Assembly: GCA_049421765.1 (NCBI GenBank)
Contig: JBMSNP010000006.1
Location: forward strand, 2,712-66,711
Source: Chitinophagaceae bacterium
Lineage (GTDB): Bacteria > Bacteroidota > Bacteroidia > Chitinophagales > Chitinophagaceae
Direction of reading: 5' to 3'
DNA: 64,000 nucleotides
Shown: positions 16,946-26,005 of the stretch, in pieces
How positions within the stretch are numbered: the first letter of the stretch is position 1
Layout: each line of letters starts with the position of its first letter
Notes under the pieces: generated by a model
Told to the model about the DNA's origin: nothing
What the model saw: the letters and a program-made list of their open reading frames with translations, nothing else
The model's database searches: none
Position numbers and translations under genes: made by a program

Positions 16946-18913
16946 ATGAAAAAACAAATTCTCTACTTACTGGCCCTTGGGTTTATCATTATCCTGGGGT
17001 GTCAGAAAGAAGAAAGCTTTGAACTACCCAATTCCCCGGCAGAAGGAAGTTTGCAGGATGATGTTTCCGGGGATTGTCTCCCTAAAACGGTGAATGGGGT
17101 CTATGCTGTTGGTCAGGCGCTTATTCCCACGACCAATAGCCTCACGGTAGCTGTGAATGTTACCAAAACAGGGATATATACTATCAGTACGGATACGGTT
17201 AACGGATATTTCTTCCGGGCAACCGGTTCTTTTTCCACCCTGGGGATCACCAATGTGACCCTGCGCGGAAACGGAACCCCGATTACACTGGGAACAAATA
17301 ATTTTGTGGTTTCTTTTGATTCCACATTTTGTGATATACAGGTCACTGTTACTTCCCCGGCAGCATTTACCCTGGCCGGTGCACCCAATACCTGTACCAC
17401 GCCGGTGATCTCGGGGACCTATGGAAAAGATATTCCCCTGACGGCTTCCAACACGGTAACCCTGAATGTGAATGTGACAACAGCCGGCAATTATAATGTG
17501 AGTACGGCTACGATAAACGGGATGAGTTTCAGCGGATCGGGAACCCTGGCCCTGGGAGCTCAGACGATCACTCTTACAGGTACCGGAACACCTACTACGG
17601 CGGGTGACAATATTTTCCCGGTTACGGTGGGAAGTTCAACCTGCAGCTTTACCATTACAGTAGCTGCCCCTGGAGTGGGAACGCTTGGCGGAGCGGGTGG
17701 TGCCTGCACACCTTTTACTATAAACGGCACTTATACACCGGGCACGCCCCTCACAGCATCCAATACGGTCGGTATCCAGGTCAATGTAACCACGGCGGGA
17801 GTATTCAGTATCCGTACCGATACGGTCGGGGGGATGAGTTTCGCGTATACAGGGACGCTGGCAGCAGGGACCCAGAATGTGACCCTGCTTGGGTCGGGTA
17901 CGCCTGTCGGTTCAGGCGCACAGAACTTTACAGTAACGGTTGGCACCAGTACCTGTACTTTTTCCATTAACCTCGGTGGTCCCGGTGTGGGTACCCTGGG
18001 AGGAGCAGGAGGGACCTGCACCCCCGCAACGGTGAATGGTACTTATGTAGCGGGGACCGCGCTTACTGCCGGAAACACTGTCGGTATCCAGGTGAATGTG
18101 ACAACCGCCGGCAGTTTTAATATCACTACCAATACCGTTAACGGGTACAGCTTTTCATTTACCGGGAACCTGGCCGCGGGTACCCAACCGGTTACACTTA
18201 CCGGGACAGGAACCCCCACCGCAGCAGGAACAAACGTATTTACGGTAACGATAAATGCGACCCCGCCCAGCACCTGTACTTTTTCCGTGGTTTGTACGGC
18301 ACCCGCCCCGGTGGATTATTTCCCCAGGACAACCAACAGCAACTGGAGCTATGAATTTAATGATTTGGCCAACGATTCACTTTACAGAGTGGTGATCGCC
18401 CCGACCCTTACAGCGCCGGGAGGCACTTATAATATTTTCATGGCCAATGACGGTACCGGTCTTGATTCTTCCGGGTATTACCGCAAGAGCGCAGGTGATT
18501 ATTTCGAATGGATCGACATCGGGAATTTCGTCGGGTTTGATAATACCCTTTGGGGCCAGTATATCATGGTCAAGGATAACGTGGCCGCGGGAACAAACTG
18601 GAAATCCTCCGCTTTCAGCGGTACGGTTACTTCCATACCGATTACGATCCGCTTCAGTTATACGGTTACGGATAAGGATGTGCCACTCTCATTTGTTACT
18701 TCAACGGGCAATCAGAACTTTACCAATGTCATTGTGGTGGAAGAAAAGCTCGAGGGATTCGACGGGTCCAACTGGATCGATCTCACCGCGCAGATCGATT
18801 ATTACGGGAAAAGCTATTATGCACGCGACATCGGCCTGGTAAAATTTGAAGCATACAATGCCGCCAATGCGGTCACCTTCAAACAGGAGCTGCGGAGATA
18901 CCAGGTATTCTGA
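16946..18913 (+). CDS. Lipoprotein with four ~104-aa Ig-like tandem repeats and a distinct C-terminal domain
   Basis: Lipobox LLALGFIIILGC. Four repeats, each with two Cys and a conserved core (...NGTY..G..LTA.NTV...VNVTTAG.....T.TV.G.SF...G.LA.G.Q.VTL.G.GTP...G...F.VT.....C.F). The C-terminal ~200 aa are unrelated. Confidence 0.8.
   Translation: MKKQILYLLALGFIIILGCQKEESFELPNSPAEGSLQDDVSGDCLPKTVNGVYAVGQALIPTTNSLTVAVNVTKTGIYTISTDTVNGYFFRATGSFSTLGITNVTLRGNGTPITLGTNNFVVSFDSTFCDIQVTVTSPAAFTLAGAPNTCTTPVISGTYGKDIPLTASNTVTLNVNVTTAGNYNVSTATINGMSFSGSGTLALGAQTITLTGTGTPTTAGDNIFPVTVGSSTCSFTITVAAPGVGTLGGAGGACTPFTINGTYTPGTPLTASNTVGIQVNVTTAGVFSIRTDTVGGMSFAYTGTLAAGTQNVTLLGSGTPVGSGAQNFTVTVGTSTCTFSINLGGPGVGTLGGAGGTCTPATVNGTYVAGTALTAGNTVGIQVNVTTAGSFNITTNTVNGYSFSFTGNLAAGTQPVTLTGTGTPTAAGTNVFTVTINATPPSTCTFSVVCTAPAPVDYFPRTTNSNWSYEFNDLANDSLYRVVIAPTLTAPGGTYNIFMANDGTGLDSSGYYRKSAGDYFEWIDIGNFVGFDNTLWGQYIMVKDNVAAGTNWKSSAFSGTVTSIPITIRFSYTVTDKDVPLSFVTSTGNQNFTNVIVVEEKLEGFDGSNWIDLTAQIDYYGKSYYARDIGLVKFEAYNAANAVTFKQELRRYQVF
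17045..18301 (+). repeat. Intragenic tandem repeat, 4 x ~312 nt (protein-level)
   Basis: Units start near 17045, 17357, 17669 and 17981. Units 3 and 4 both open with PGVGTLGGAGG.CTP, but the codons differ at most synonymous sites (cct gga gtg gga acg ctt ggc... versus ccc ggt gtg ggt acc ctg gga...). Confidence 0.8.
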
Positions 18914-18939
18914 TCCGGTATTGGAAAACAGTATTAAGA

Positions 18940-18971
18940 GGGCGCCCCGCCGGAAAGGAGGCGCCCTTTTT
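18940..18971 (+). terminator. Intrinsic terminator after the repeat lipoprotein gene
   Basis: GGGCGCC-(loop)-GGCGCCC followed by TTTTT, 27 nt after the stop at 18913. Confidence 0.7.
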
Positions 18972-19182
18972 AATTAATCATTGCGAATTCGCCGCCAGCA
19001 AAAAGGTTTGGCAATGTGCCGGCATAAATGCCTGTGTCCTGTTTAAACGGTTGCCAGGGTTTATTAATTTTTTCCAGGCGAGTGGTTAAAAGTCATGGAG
19101 CTGCGCTTTGTCTGCCGCTTTTATTTTTATCCCTGATTTTTTATTCAATGACAGTGTCCGGGAGGCTGTTTCTCTCAGGTTG

Positions 19183-20352
19183 TTAGTTTTGTGAAAAATC
19201 AAATTTTTTATATTCCGATTCATCCGGAGAACCGGCTGTTATTTGCAGGCTTGGCTTTCCGGTTAAAGTCATTATAACCGAACCAAATGTAAATCCTCCG
19301 CCTCTGCCGTTAAAGGACCGGCAAACGGGATTGTTTATATCATCTTTTGAGCGTAACGTTTCCTTGATCAGGATGTCATCTATGTTATGGCCGTCTGCTA
19401 TTCTGTTTACTACAGATTCCAGCCGGATATGACTGTTGGATTTGACTGGTTTTTCAACCAGTGCAGGATTGCTCTTTTCATACCAGGTCTTCACATCATC
19501 ATTGACAATCGGGTGATTTGTATGATACACTGTGCCGTTCCTGTTTTTGGGATCAAACCTCACAACTTTATTGGCCGATGCTTCAAAGTCATAGACCTCA
19601 CCCCTGATCCCGAGAATATAATTTTGACCCGAAGCGTGTTCTACATTTTGAATAAAATTAAGCAGCTCGTCTTTGTCCGTTGAGTTGAGTATTCGCCTTA
19701 CGATAAATGCTACGGGCAATCCTTTGGGAGATGCTTTCAACTGCATGAGGGTGTTCATGCAAGCGCCTATTCCTGTTTCATTCAGGCCATTCAGGGCAAT
19801 TAACCCCGGGTGGGTCAGGATCAGTTGTTCTGGTCTTGCTGATGTCCTGGAAAGACGAATTAATATCTGATATCCCTCCGTATATTTTTCGATATCCATA
19901 TTCTGGGCAATATAGCCTGTGCTGCCATTGATTGCGGGCACGCCCAGTCCGCTGCAATGATGGTTCCCGATATTGTCGAGGTACACCCAAAACTCATCCA
20001 GCAGGTTAAACACCAAAATATCATTGATGTTTTGCCCGGAGCCTTCTGCAATGCCCCTTATTTCTTCATATAGTTCAGGTGTATATCGCTTAATCGCATT
20101 GGTGAATTGAGCGTAATCGGAAAACTCTTTCAAAACCTGTTCGGCATCTTTTTTCAGAATGTCGGCTGTGTTTTGCTTCATTTTTTTGACAATTTCATCA
20201 ATTTCCTTTTTCAGGAGTTTTCCATGCTGGAGGCCCAATTCGTATCCGCTGCCCGTAAGTTTGATTTCCCGGATTTCCCTGTTGGAAATTGATGACTGAT
20301 TAAAGGCGGTAAGTGATGTAATGAGAAGCAGCAACAAAAATGTATTTTTCAT
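19183..20352 (-). CDS. Peptidase C45 / acyl-CoA:6-APA acyltransferase-like Ntn-hydrolase, secreted
   Basis: 389 aa with a signal peptide. ...NIGNHHCSGLGV... has a candidate autoprocessing Cys nucleophile. Overall layout matches C45-family proteins (from memory). The gene and its flanks are visibly A+T-rich. Confidence 0.7.
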   Translation of the reverse strand: MKNTFLLLLLITSLTAFNQSSISNREIREIKLTGSGYELGLQHGKLLKKEIDEIVKKMKQNTADILKKDAEQVLKEFSDYAQFTNAIKRYTPELYEEIRGIAEGSGQNINDILVFNLLDEFWVYLDNIGNHHCSGLGVPAINGSTGYIAQNMDIEKYTEGYQILIRLSRTSARPEQLILTHPGLIALNGLNETGIGACMNTLMQLKASPKGLPVAFIVRRILNSTDKDELLNFIQNVEHASGQNYILGIRGEVYDFEASANKVVRFDPKNRNGTVYHTNHPIVNDDVKTWYEKSNPALVEKPVKSNSHIRLESVVNRIADGHNIDDILIKETLRSKDDINNPVCRSFNGRGGGFTFGSVIMTLTGKPSLQITAGSPDESEYKKFDFSQN

Positions 20353-20644
20353 CGGTTTGTTGTTTGTTATAAAAGTGATTCAGGAGTGGCCCGAGAAAAA
20401 TCAGCCCGTTTTTGTCAGACCCCGTATTAATATCCTTGCCCGCCGAAATATTTGCGGGAATACAATATACGAAACACCTGGTTCAATCTCCAATGGTCGT
20501 CGGGCTAACTTCCTTTGATCAAAAAACGAAAAAATATCCTCTTTCAAGTGCAGGCTCGTGCGCGTTAAGTTTTAAAAATATCCCAGGGGTTATTCAGGTA
20601 TTATTAAAACACCTGTCAATCACATTCAGATCCAGCCTGAGGCA

Positions 20645-22114
20645 TCAGAATCCCTTCTTCTTCCCCGATTCCAGCGCGGGCAGGTTAAAATCATCCACCG
20701 CGCTTTTTTGTGAGATCATTTTCTCGATGTCCTCGATTTTCCGGGGAGCAAAACGGGAGAGCAGTTCATAGCCGTCCTGGGTGATCAGCAGGTCGTCTTC
20801 GATCCTTACGGCGATGCTCCACCATTTCTTGTCACAGGGACTATTCTTTGGGATATAAATGCCGGGCTCGATGGTGATCACCATATTTTTTTTCAGTTTA
20901 TCGTAAGAACCCCGGTCGTGCACATCCAGGCCGATATGATGGCCGAGCCCGTGAGGAAAGTATTTTGATACATCTTTTTTGTCCTGGATGATCCCGAGTT
21001 TCAGAAGCCCTTCGGCGATTGTGTTGCTTGCGGCTTTACCGGCGTCGTTCCAGGTGGAGCCGTCCCGGAGGGTTTTGAAAGCGGCTTCCTGGGCATCATA
21101 TACCAGTTGGTAGATCTGTCTTTCCTCGGGAGAGAATTTACCGTCGGCCGGAACCGTGCGGGTTACATCGGCGGTATACCCGTGGTACTCGGCTCCCACA
21201 TCCATCAGCAGCATTTCTCCGCCGATCCGGGTTTTGGAATTTTCCATATAGTGGAGGGTGCATCCGTTTTCCCCGGATCCGACGATCGAGCCATATCCGA
21301 CTTCTTCCGCACCGTGTTTTTTATGTACATATTCCTGTAGTCCCTGGATCTCGAGCTCGCTCATATTGGGATGAATGGCCTTCATGGCCTCATTATGCCC
21401 CTGGCAGGAGATTTCCACCGCTTTACGGAGTAGATCCAGTTCTTCCGGTGTTTTAATTTCTCTCAGGGAAGCAGTCAGGTTGCGGTAAAGACGGGTGTCA
21501 AACTTCTTTGGAGTGGTTTCTTCACTTAACCCGGTTTTTTCCCTGAACAGCATGATCAGGTCATAGAGATCCGCTTTATCAGGACCATTTGGTACATCAT
21601 CGGGGAAGCGGTCCAAAATAATTTTATCAAAACGCGACCAGTCCAGTTTGAGATTCCGGAATTCCTCGCCATTGTATGCCGTTTTGAATCCGAGTTTGTT
21701 CATCGCGCCTTCAGTTCCCAGGCGTTTCCCTGTCCATTGTTCGGCAAGTGCATTCTTTTTCTGAACATACAGGATCTCGTTGAACCGGTTGCCGGTGGAA
21801 TCGGTTTGCTCTTCCTTAAATACAAGAAGGAGGGAGTGGGGTTCTTTGTACCCGCTGAAATAATACATGTCCGGGTTGGCGTGGTACAGGTATTCCACAT
21901 CATTTGAAAAAGTGCGGGTAGGGTAGGCAAATACCACCATCACGGAATTATCCGGCATGATTTTGCGAATGGCTTCGCGCCGGCCTGCATGAAAATCACT
22001 GGTCAGGTAATCGGTGGGAAGGGATTCGGTCTGTGAGGACTGGGCAACCAGGGTGATTGAAAACAGGATCGAATAAAACGCCAGCAAATACCGGGGGGGT
22101 GTTTTGAAAGACAT
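20645..22114 (-). CDS. Xaa-Pro aminopeptidase (M24B, AMP_N + creatinase/prolidase domain), exported
   Basis: Signal peptide. Metal ligands in ...LLMDVGAEYHGYTADVTRT..., HGLGHHIGLDVHD, ...ITIEPGIY..., ...VRIEDD. Confidence 0.9.
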   Translation of the reverse strand: MSFKTPPRYLLAFYSILFSITLVAQSSQTESLPTDYLTSDFHAGRREAIRKIMPDNSVMVVFAYPTRTFSNDVEYLYHANPDMYYFSGYKEPHSLLLVFKEEQTDSTGNRFNEILYVQKKNALAEQWTGKRLGTEGAMNKLGFKTAYNGEEFRNLKLDWSRFDKIILDRFPDDVPNGPDKADLYDLIMLFREKTGLSEETTPKKFDTRLYRNLTASLREIKTPEELDLLRKAVEISCQGHNEAMKAIHPNMSELEIQGLQEYVHKKHGAEEVGYGSIVGSGENGCTLHYMENSKTRIGGEMLLMDVGAEYHGYTADVTRTVPADGKFSPEERQIYQLVYDAQEAAFKTLRDGSTWNDAGKAASNTIAEGLLKLGIIQDKKDVSKYFPHGLGHHIGLDVHDRGSYDKLKKNMVITIEPGIYIPKNSPCDKKWWSIAVRIEDDLLITQDGYELLSRFAPRKIEDIEKMISQKSAVDDFNLPALESGKKKGF

Positions 22115-22211
22115 AAATAGGAATTAATGGCTCAATATAATGAATTTGAACCGACGGGGAAGGTTATTGGGACAATCGGGGAAATGCGGGGACGGTTTGA
22201 AAACGGGTCGC

Positions 22212-22481
22212 TTATTCGTCATCGTCTTCTTCGTAATAAACGTCTTGGCTGCTCCGGTAAAGTGTTTCCCATTCCTTTACCTGTTCATCACTCAGGCATT
22301 CGATGATATCATGAATAGGGTCTTTTTTCAGCTTCCATTCGGTGGCCTCCGGCTCATCAAAACGTTGTACAAATAAACAGTGATCAGTTTCCAGGGCCAC
22401 TCTGATCAGCGTTACCGGGGACTCCGGCTCCAGTTGAACCAGGTAATAACAGCCTGTTTCCAGCAGCTTGTATGAATACAT
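22212..22481 (-). CDS. Hypothetical small acidic protein
   Basis: 89 aa ATG ORF ending YYEEDDDE. No recognisable motif. Confidence 0.45.
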   Translation of the reverse strand: MYSYKLLETGCYYLVQLEPESPVTLIRVALETDHCLFVQRFDEPEATEWKLKKDPIHDIIECLSDEQVKEWETLYRSSQDVYYEEDDDE

Positions 22482-22777
22482 AAGTTCTCCCTTTTTAGAT
22501 GAAATGTTACAATTCCGGGTTTCTAAAGCAGAATCGGCTGGGTTGGTAAAGCGGCAGGTTCCGGGAAATTTAATTGGGCCAGGTTGGTATCCAAAATTAT
22601 GAGAAAGAAAAGGCAGCCGGTGTGAATGTTTGGTAAAATTTGATAAAAAGCGTGAAAGGGAATATAAATCAAGCAGTTAACGGAATGGGAAAATAATATT
22701 TTTTACCCCTTTTGGATAAATTCGGGGACAATAAACCGGGGGGTGATACGAAATCTCCGGGCGCTCCGGGGAGACGG

Positions 22778-22933
22778 TCAGAGACTGAATATGCACTTCC
22801 TGCTGCAGTCCTTTTTTGCCTTCTCGCAATTTTTTTCAGCAGCCGGGCAGTTTTTCTTTTTGTTGTTGAAGCTGGCAAAACCAACTGCGGTAACACCGCC
22901 AAGTAACACAACAGCTACCAGTAATTTTTTCAT
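22778..22933 (-). CDS. Candidate 51-aa membrane-anchored/secreted Cys-rich basic peptide
   Basis: Not in the ORF track (below 60 aa). Hand-translated as MKKLLVAVVLLGGVTAVGFASFNNKKKNCPAAEKNCEKAKKDCSRKCIFSL. It has a canonical N-terminal hydrophobic helix and a C-x6-C-x6-C-x3-C tail. A hairpin (22753..22774) lies just 3' of the stop. Confidence 0.4.
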   Translation of the reverse strand: MKKLLVAVVLLGGVTAVGFASFNNKKKNCPAAEKNCEKAKKDCSRKCIFSL

Positions 22934-23121
22934 AAAGGAGATTTCAGGTCGGTTTTTAAATGAATCAAAAGGTAAGGACTTTTTGGGAATTCCCTTTGAA
23001 GACCCGGTAAATCCTGTTTTAAATCCTAATGGATTGAATGGATACGCGGCCGCAGGGACGGATGTTTTTTATTCACACAAGGTGCATAATTCCGTTTTCC
23101 TGCTGCATGTACCGTTTCGGT

Positions 23122-23129
23122 ATATTTGC
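23122..23129 (+). promoter_or_regulatory. Candidate Bacteroidota -7 promoter box (TAnnTTTG) for the parE unit
   Basis: TATATTTG matches the TAnnTTTG consensus, ~135 nt upstream of the parE ATG. The -33 region (tccgTTTTCc) is only approximate. Confidence 0.3.
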
Positions 23130-23145
23130 CGGAACCGCCCAATAC

Positions 23146-23167
23146 CTCCCGATTGGGAGGTTTTTTA
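23146..23167 (+). terminator. Orphan intrinsic-terminator-like hairpin in the parE upstream region
   Basis: CCTCCC-GATT-GGGAGG followed by TTTTTT on the + strand. There is no + strand CDS upstream for >4 kb. Confidence 0.55.
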
Positions 23168-23233
23168 CGGGTGGAAAACAGGTTTAAAACACCTTGTTTC
23201 AGCCCGGTAACGATTGGATAACCCTGAAAAACC

Positions 23234-23260
23234 GGGGGCGCGCCGGAAGGCCCCTTTTTT
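23234..23260 (+). terminator. Second GC hairpin + T6 immediately before the parE ATG
   Basis: GGGGC-(10 nt containing the GGCGCGCC palindrome)-GCCCC then TTTTTT, ending 3 nt before ATG 23264. A-run upstream. Confidence 0.35.
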
Positions 23261-23263
23261 GAA

Positions 23264-25180
23264 ATGGCAAAAGCAAAAGAAACAACAACCAAAGAGTCTT
23301 CCAAGAACAACCTGTTCGACTACGATGAGGACAGTATCAAATCGCTCGACTGGAAGGAGCATATCAGGCTCCGGCCCGGGATGTATATCGGCAAACTGGG
23401 CGATGGCTCTTCACCCGATGACGGTATCTATGTGCTTGTAAAGGAAGTGCTGGATAACTGTATCGATGAATACACCATGGGTTATGGCAAAACGGTCGAG
23501 ATCACCATCGAAGGCAAGCAGGTGATGATCCGCGATTATGGTCGCGGCATCCCGTTGGGTAAAGTGGTGGATGTGGTGAGCAAGATCAACACCGGGGCCA
23601 AATACGACAGCAAGGCTTTCCAGAAATCAGTAGGTCTGAACGGGGTAGGTACCAAGGCGGTGAATGCCCTCAGCCAGTTTTTTAAGGTTACGGCCGTACG
23701 TGAAGGCAAGGAAAAGACAGCCGAATTTGAGCGGGGGGTGCTGGTAAAGGAACACAAGGAATCCAAAACCGGGGAAGCCAACGGAACCCTGGTCACTTTT
23801 ATCCCTGATGATACGGTGTTTAAAAACTTCAGGTTTCACCCGGAATTCCTGGAAAACCAGATCTGGAATTACTGTTTTCTCAATGCGGGACTCCGGATCG
23901 TATTCAACGGTAAATCCTTTGTCAGCAAGAACGGTTTACTGGATCTGCTTCAACGAAAGACCAACGAAGACGAGATCCGGTATCCCATCATTCACCTCAC
24001 TGGTGATGACATCGAACTCGCTGTTTCACATACCAACGACTACGGCGAGGATATCTACAGTTTTGTGAACGGTCAGCATACCACGCAGGGAGGAACACAC
24101 CAGCAGGCATTCCGCGAAGCCTATGTGAAAACGATCCGTGATTTTTTCAAAAAGGATTACGACGCATCGGATATACGTACCGGGATCGTGGCGGCTGTTT
24201 CCGTCCGGGTGGTGGAGCCGGTTTTTGAATCGCAGACCAAGACCAAACTGGGTTCCGTAAATGTGGACCAGAACGGTCCCAGCATGCGCCAGTTCATCGG
24301 GGATTTCCTGGCCCGGGAGCTGGATAATTTCCTGCACAAAAACCCTTCGACCGCTGATGCCCTGAAAAAAAGGATTGAACAAAGCGAACGGGAACGCAAG
24401 GAAATGGCCGGGGTGCGCAAACTTGCAAATGAACGGGCGAAAAAAGCCAATCTTCACAACCGGAAGCTGCGCGATTGCCGTTATCACCTCGACCAGGAAC
24501 CGCCCGCCAAGGGACGTGAGGAGTTTGTGGCACGACAGAATGAAAGCACGATCTTCATCACCGAGGGCGACAGTGCCAGCGGATCGATCACCAAAGCCCG
24601 CAATGTGGAAACACAGGCGGTCTTCAGCCTGCGGGGAAAACCACTCAACTGTTTCGGGCTCACCAAGAAGGTGGTATATGAAAACGAGGAGTTCAACCTC
24701 CTACAGCATGCGCTGAATATTGAAGAGGGGCTCGACGGGCTCCGGTACAACAATGTGGTGATCGCCACCGATGCCGATGTGGACGGGATGCATATCCGTC
24801 TCCTGCTGATGACTTTTTTCCTACAGTTCTTCCCCGACCTGGTGAAACATGAGAAAGTGTATGTACTGGAAACTCCTTTGTTCCGGGTGCGGAACAAACA
24901 GGAAACGATCTATTGTTACGACGAAGCTGAAAAGCAGGCGGCCATGAAGAAACTGGGTGGCAAACCCGAAGTGACCCGGTTCAAAGGGCTCGGTGAGATC
25001 AGCCCGGATGAATTCGCTCAGTTCATTGGGCCGGATATGCGCAAACAGCTGATGCGACTGGAACAGGGGGATCACATTCAGCAGTTGCTGGAATATTATA
25101 TGGGCAAGAATACCCCGGACCGGCAGGAGTTTATCATCAATAACCTGGTGGTGGAAATGGATGCCCCGGTGGAATCCTGA
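23264..25180 (+). CDS. parE: DNA topoisomerase IV subunit B (type IIA topoisomerase ATPase subunit)
   Basis: 638 aa. [28 protein letters not shown], Toprim [27 protein letters not shown]. Its length and pairing with a short ParC-type A subunit favour topo IV over gyrase. Confidence 0.9.
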   Translation: MAKAKETTTKESSKNNLFDYDEDSIKSLDWKEHIRLRPGMYIGKLGDGSSPDDGIYVLVKEVLDNCIDEYTMGYGKTVEITIEGKQVMIRDYGRGIPLGKVVDVVSKINTGAKYDSKAFQKSVGLNGVGTKAVNALSQFFKVTAVREGKEKTAEFERGVLVKEHKESKTGEANGTLVTFIPDDTVFKNFRFHPEFLENQIWNYCFLNAGLRIVFNGKSFVSKNGLLDLLQRKTNEDEIRYPIIHLTGDDIELAVSHTNDYGEDIYSFVNGQHTTQGGTHQQAFREAYVKTIRDFFKKDYDASDIRTGIVAAVSVRVVEPVFESQTKTKLGSVNVDQNGPSMRQFIGDFLARELDNFLHKNPSTADALKKRIEQSERERKEMAGVRKLANERAKKANLHNRKLRDCRYHLDQEPPAKGREEFVARQNESTIFITEGDSASGSITKARNVETQAVFSLRGKPLNCFGLTKKVVYENEEFNLLQHALNIEEGLDGLRYNNVVIATDADVDGMHIRLLLMTFFLQFFPDLVKHEKVYVLETPLFRVRNKQETIYCYDEAEKQAAMKKLGGKPEVTRFKGLGEISPDEFAQFIGPDMRKQLMRLEQGDHIQQLLEYYMGKNTPDRQEFIINNLVVEMDAPVES

Positions 25181-25207
25181 TTAATATTTAAACAATAAAG
25201 ACCATTT

Positions 25208-26005
25208 GTGTTTGAATTCCATGCCGACCGGAAACGTTATTTTGATATTCAGGTGATGAATACGGAGAAGTATGTGATCCCGTTCATGGAGGAAAAGTTT
25301 GAAGTGAAACCCGGCATGCGGATCCTGGAGATCGGTTGCGGGGAAGGCGGGGTCTTAAAGGGGTTTGTCAACCGGGGTTGTGAAGGCGTGGGAGTGGAAC
25401 TGGATGCACCAAGGGTAAAGGATGCCAAAGATTTCCTGGCAGAGGATGTGGCGGCGGGCAGGATCCGGTTCGTCATCCGGGACATCTACCAGGTGGACGC
25501 GGAAAAAGACCTGGGCGGCGTGTTTGATGTCATTCTGCTTAAGGATGTGATCGAACATATTCACGACCAGGCCAGGCTGATCGGGTGGATGAAGCAATTT
25601 TTGAAACCGGGCGGTGTTGTTTTCTTTGGGTTTCCGCCATGGTATATGCCATTTGGCGGCCACCAGCAGATATGCCGGTCGGGAATTTCCAGGTTGCCCT
25701 ATATTCACCTGCTCCCACGGGGGCTTTACCGGTGGATACTGAAACGCAACCGGGAACCGGTGGAGGACCTGATGGAGATCCGCGATACCGGGATCAGTAT
25801 CGAGCGTTTTGAACGGATCTGCCGCGAACAGGGATACGGGTTCATGCACAAGCGGCATTATCTGCTGAACCCGATTTACGAATGGAAATTCGGCTGGAAA
25901 CCAAAAAGACAGTTCGCCTGGATAAGGGCCATCCCGTTTGTCCGGAATTTTTTTACGACCTGTGTGTATTATATTATTCAACCTGTTGACAATCGCAAAC
26001 TATGA
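25208..26005 (+). CDS. Class I SAM-dependent methyltransferase
   Basis: 265 aa, GTG start. Motif I ILEIGCGEGG, VELD, ...FDVILLKDVIEHI..., LKPGGVVFF. Lies 27 nt after parE, and its stop overlaps the next start (ATGA at 26002..26005). Confidence 0.8.
   Translation: MFEFHADRKRYFDIQVMNTEKYVIPFMEEKFEVKPGMRILEIGCGEGGVLKGFVNRGCEGVGVELDAPRVKDAKDFLAEDVAAGRIRFVIRDIYQVDAEKDLGGVFDVILLKDVIEHIHDQARLIGWMKQFLKPGGVVFFGFPPWYMPFGGHQQICRSGISRLPYIHLLPRGLYRWILKRNREPVEDLMEIRDTGISIERFERICREQGYGFMHKRHYLLNPIYEWKFGWKPKRQFAWIRAIPFVRNFFTTCVYYIIQPVDNRKL

Noticed and set aside
22743-23210. 155-aa + strand ORF (and the 80-aa minus-strand ORF 22669..22911) in the gene-poor interval before parE.
   Set aside because: The + ORF runs antisense through the better-formed 51-codon peptide ORF and straight through a terminator-like hairpin. 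The 80-aa ORF is Arg/Lys/Pro-rich with no hydrophobic core. Both look like chance ORFs.
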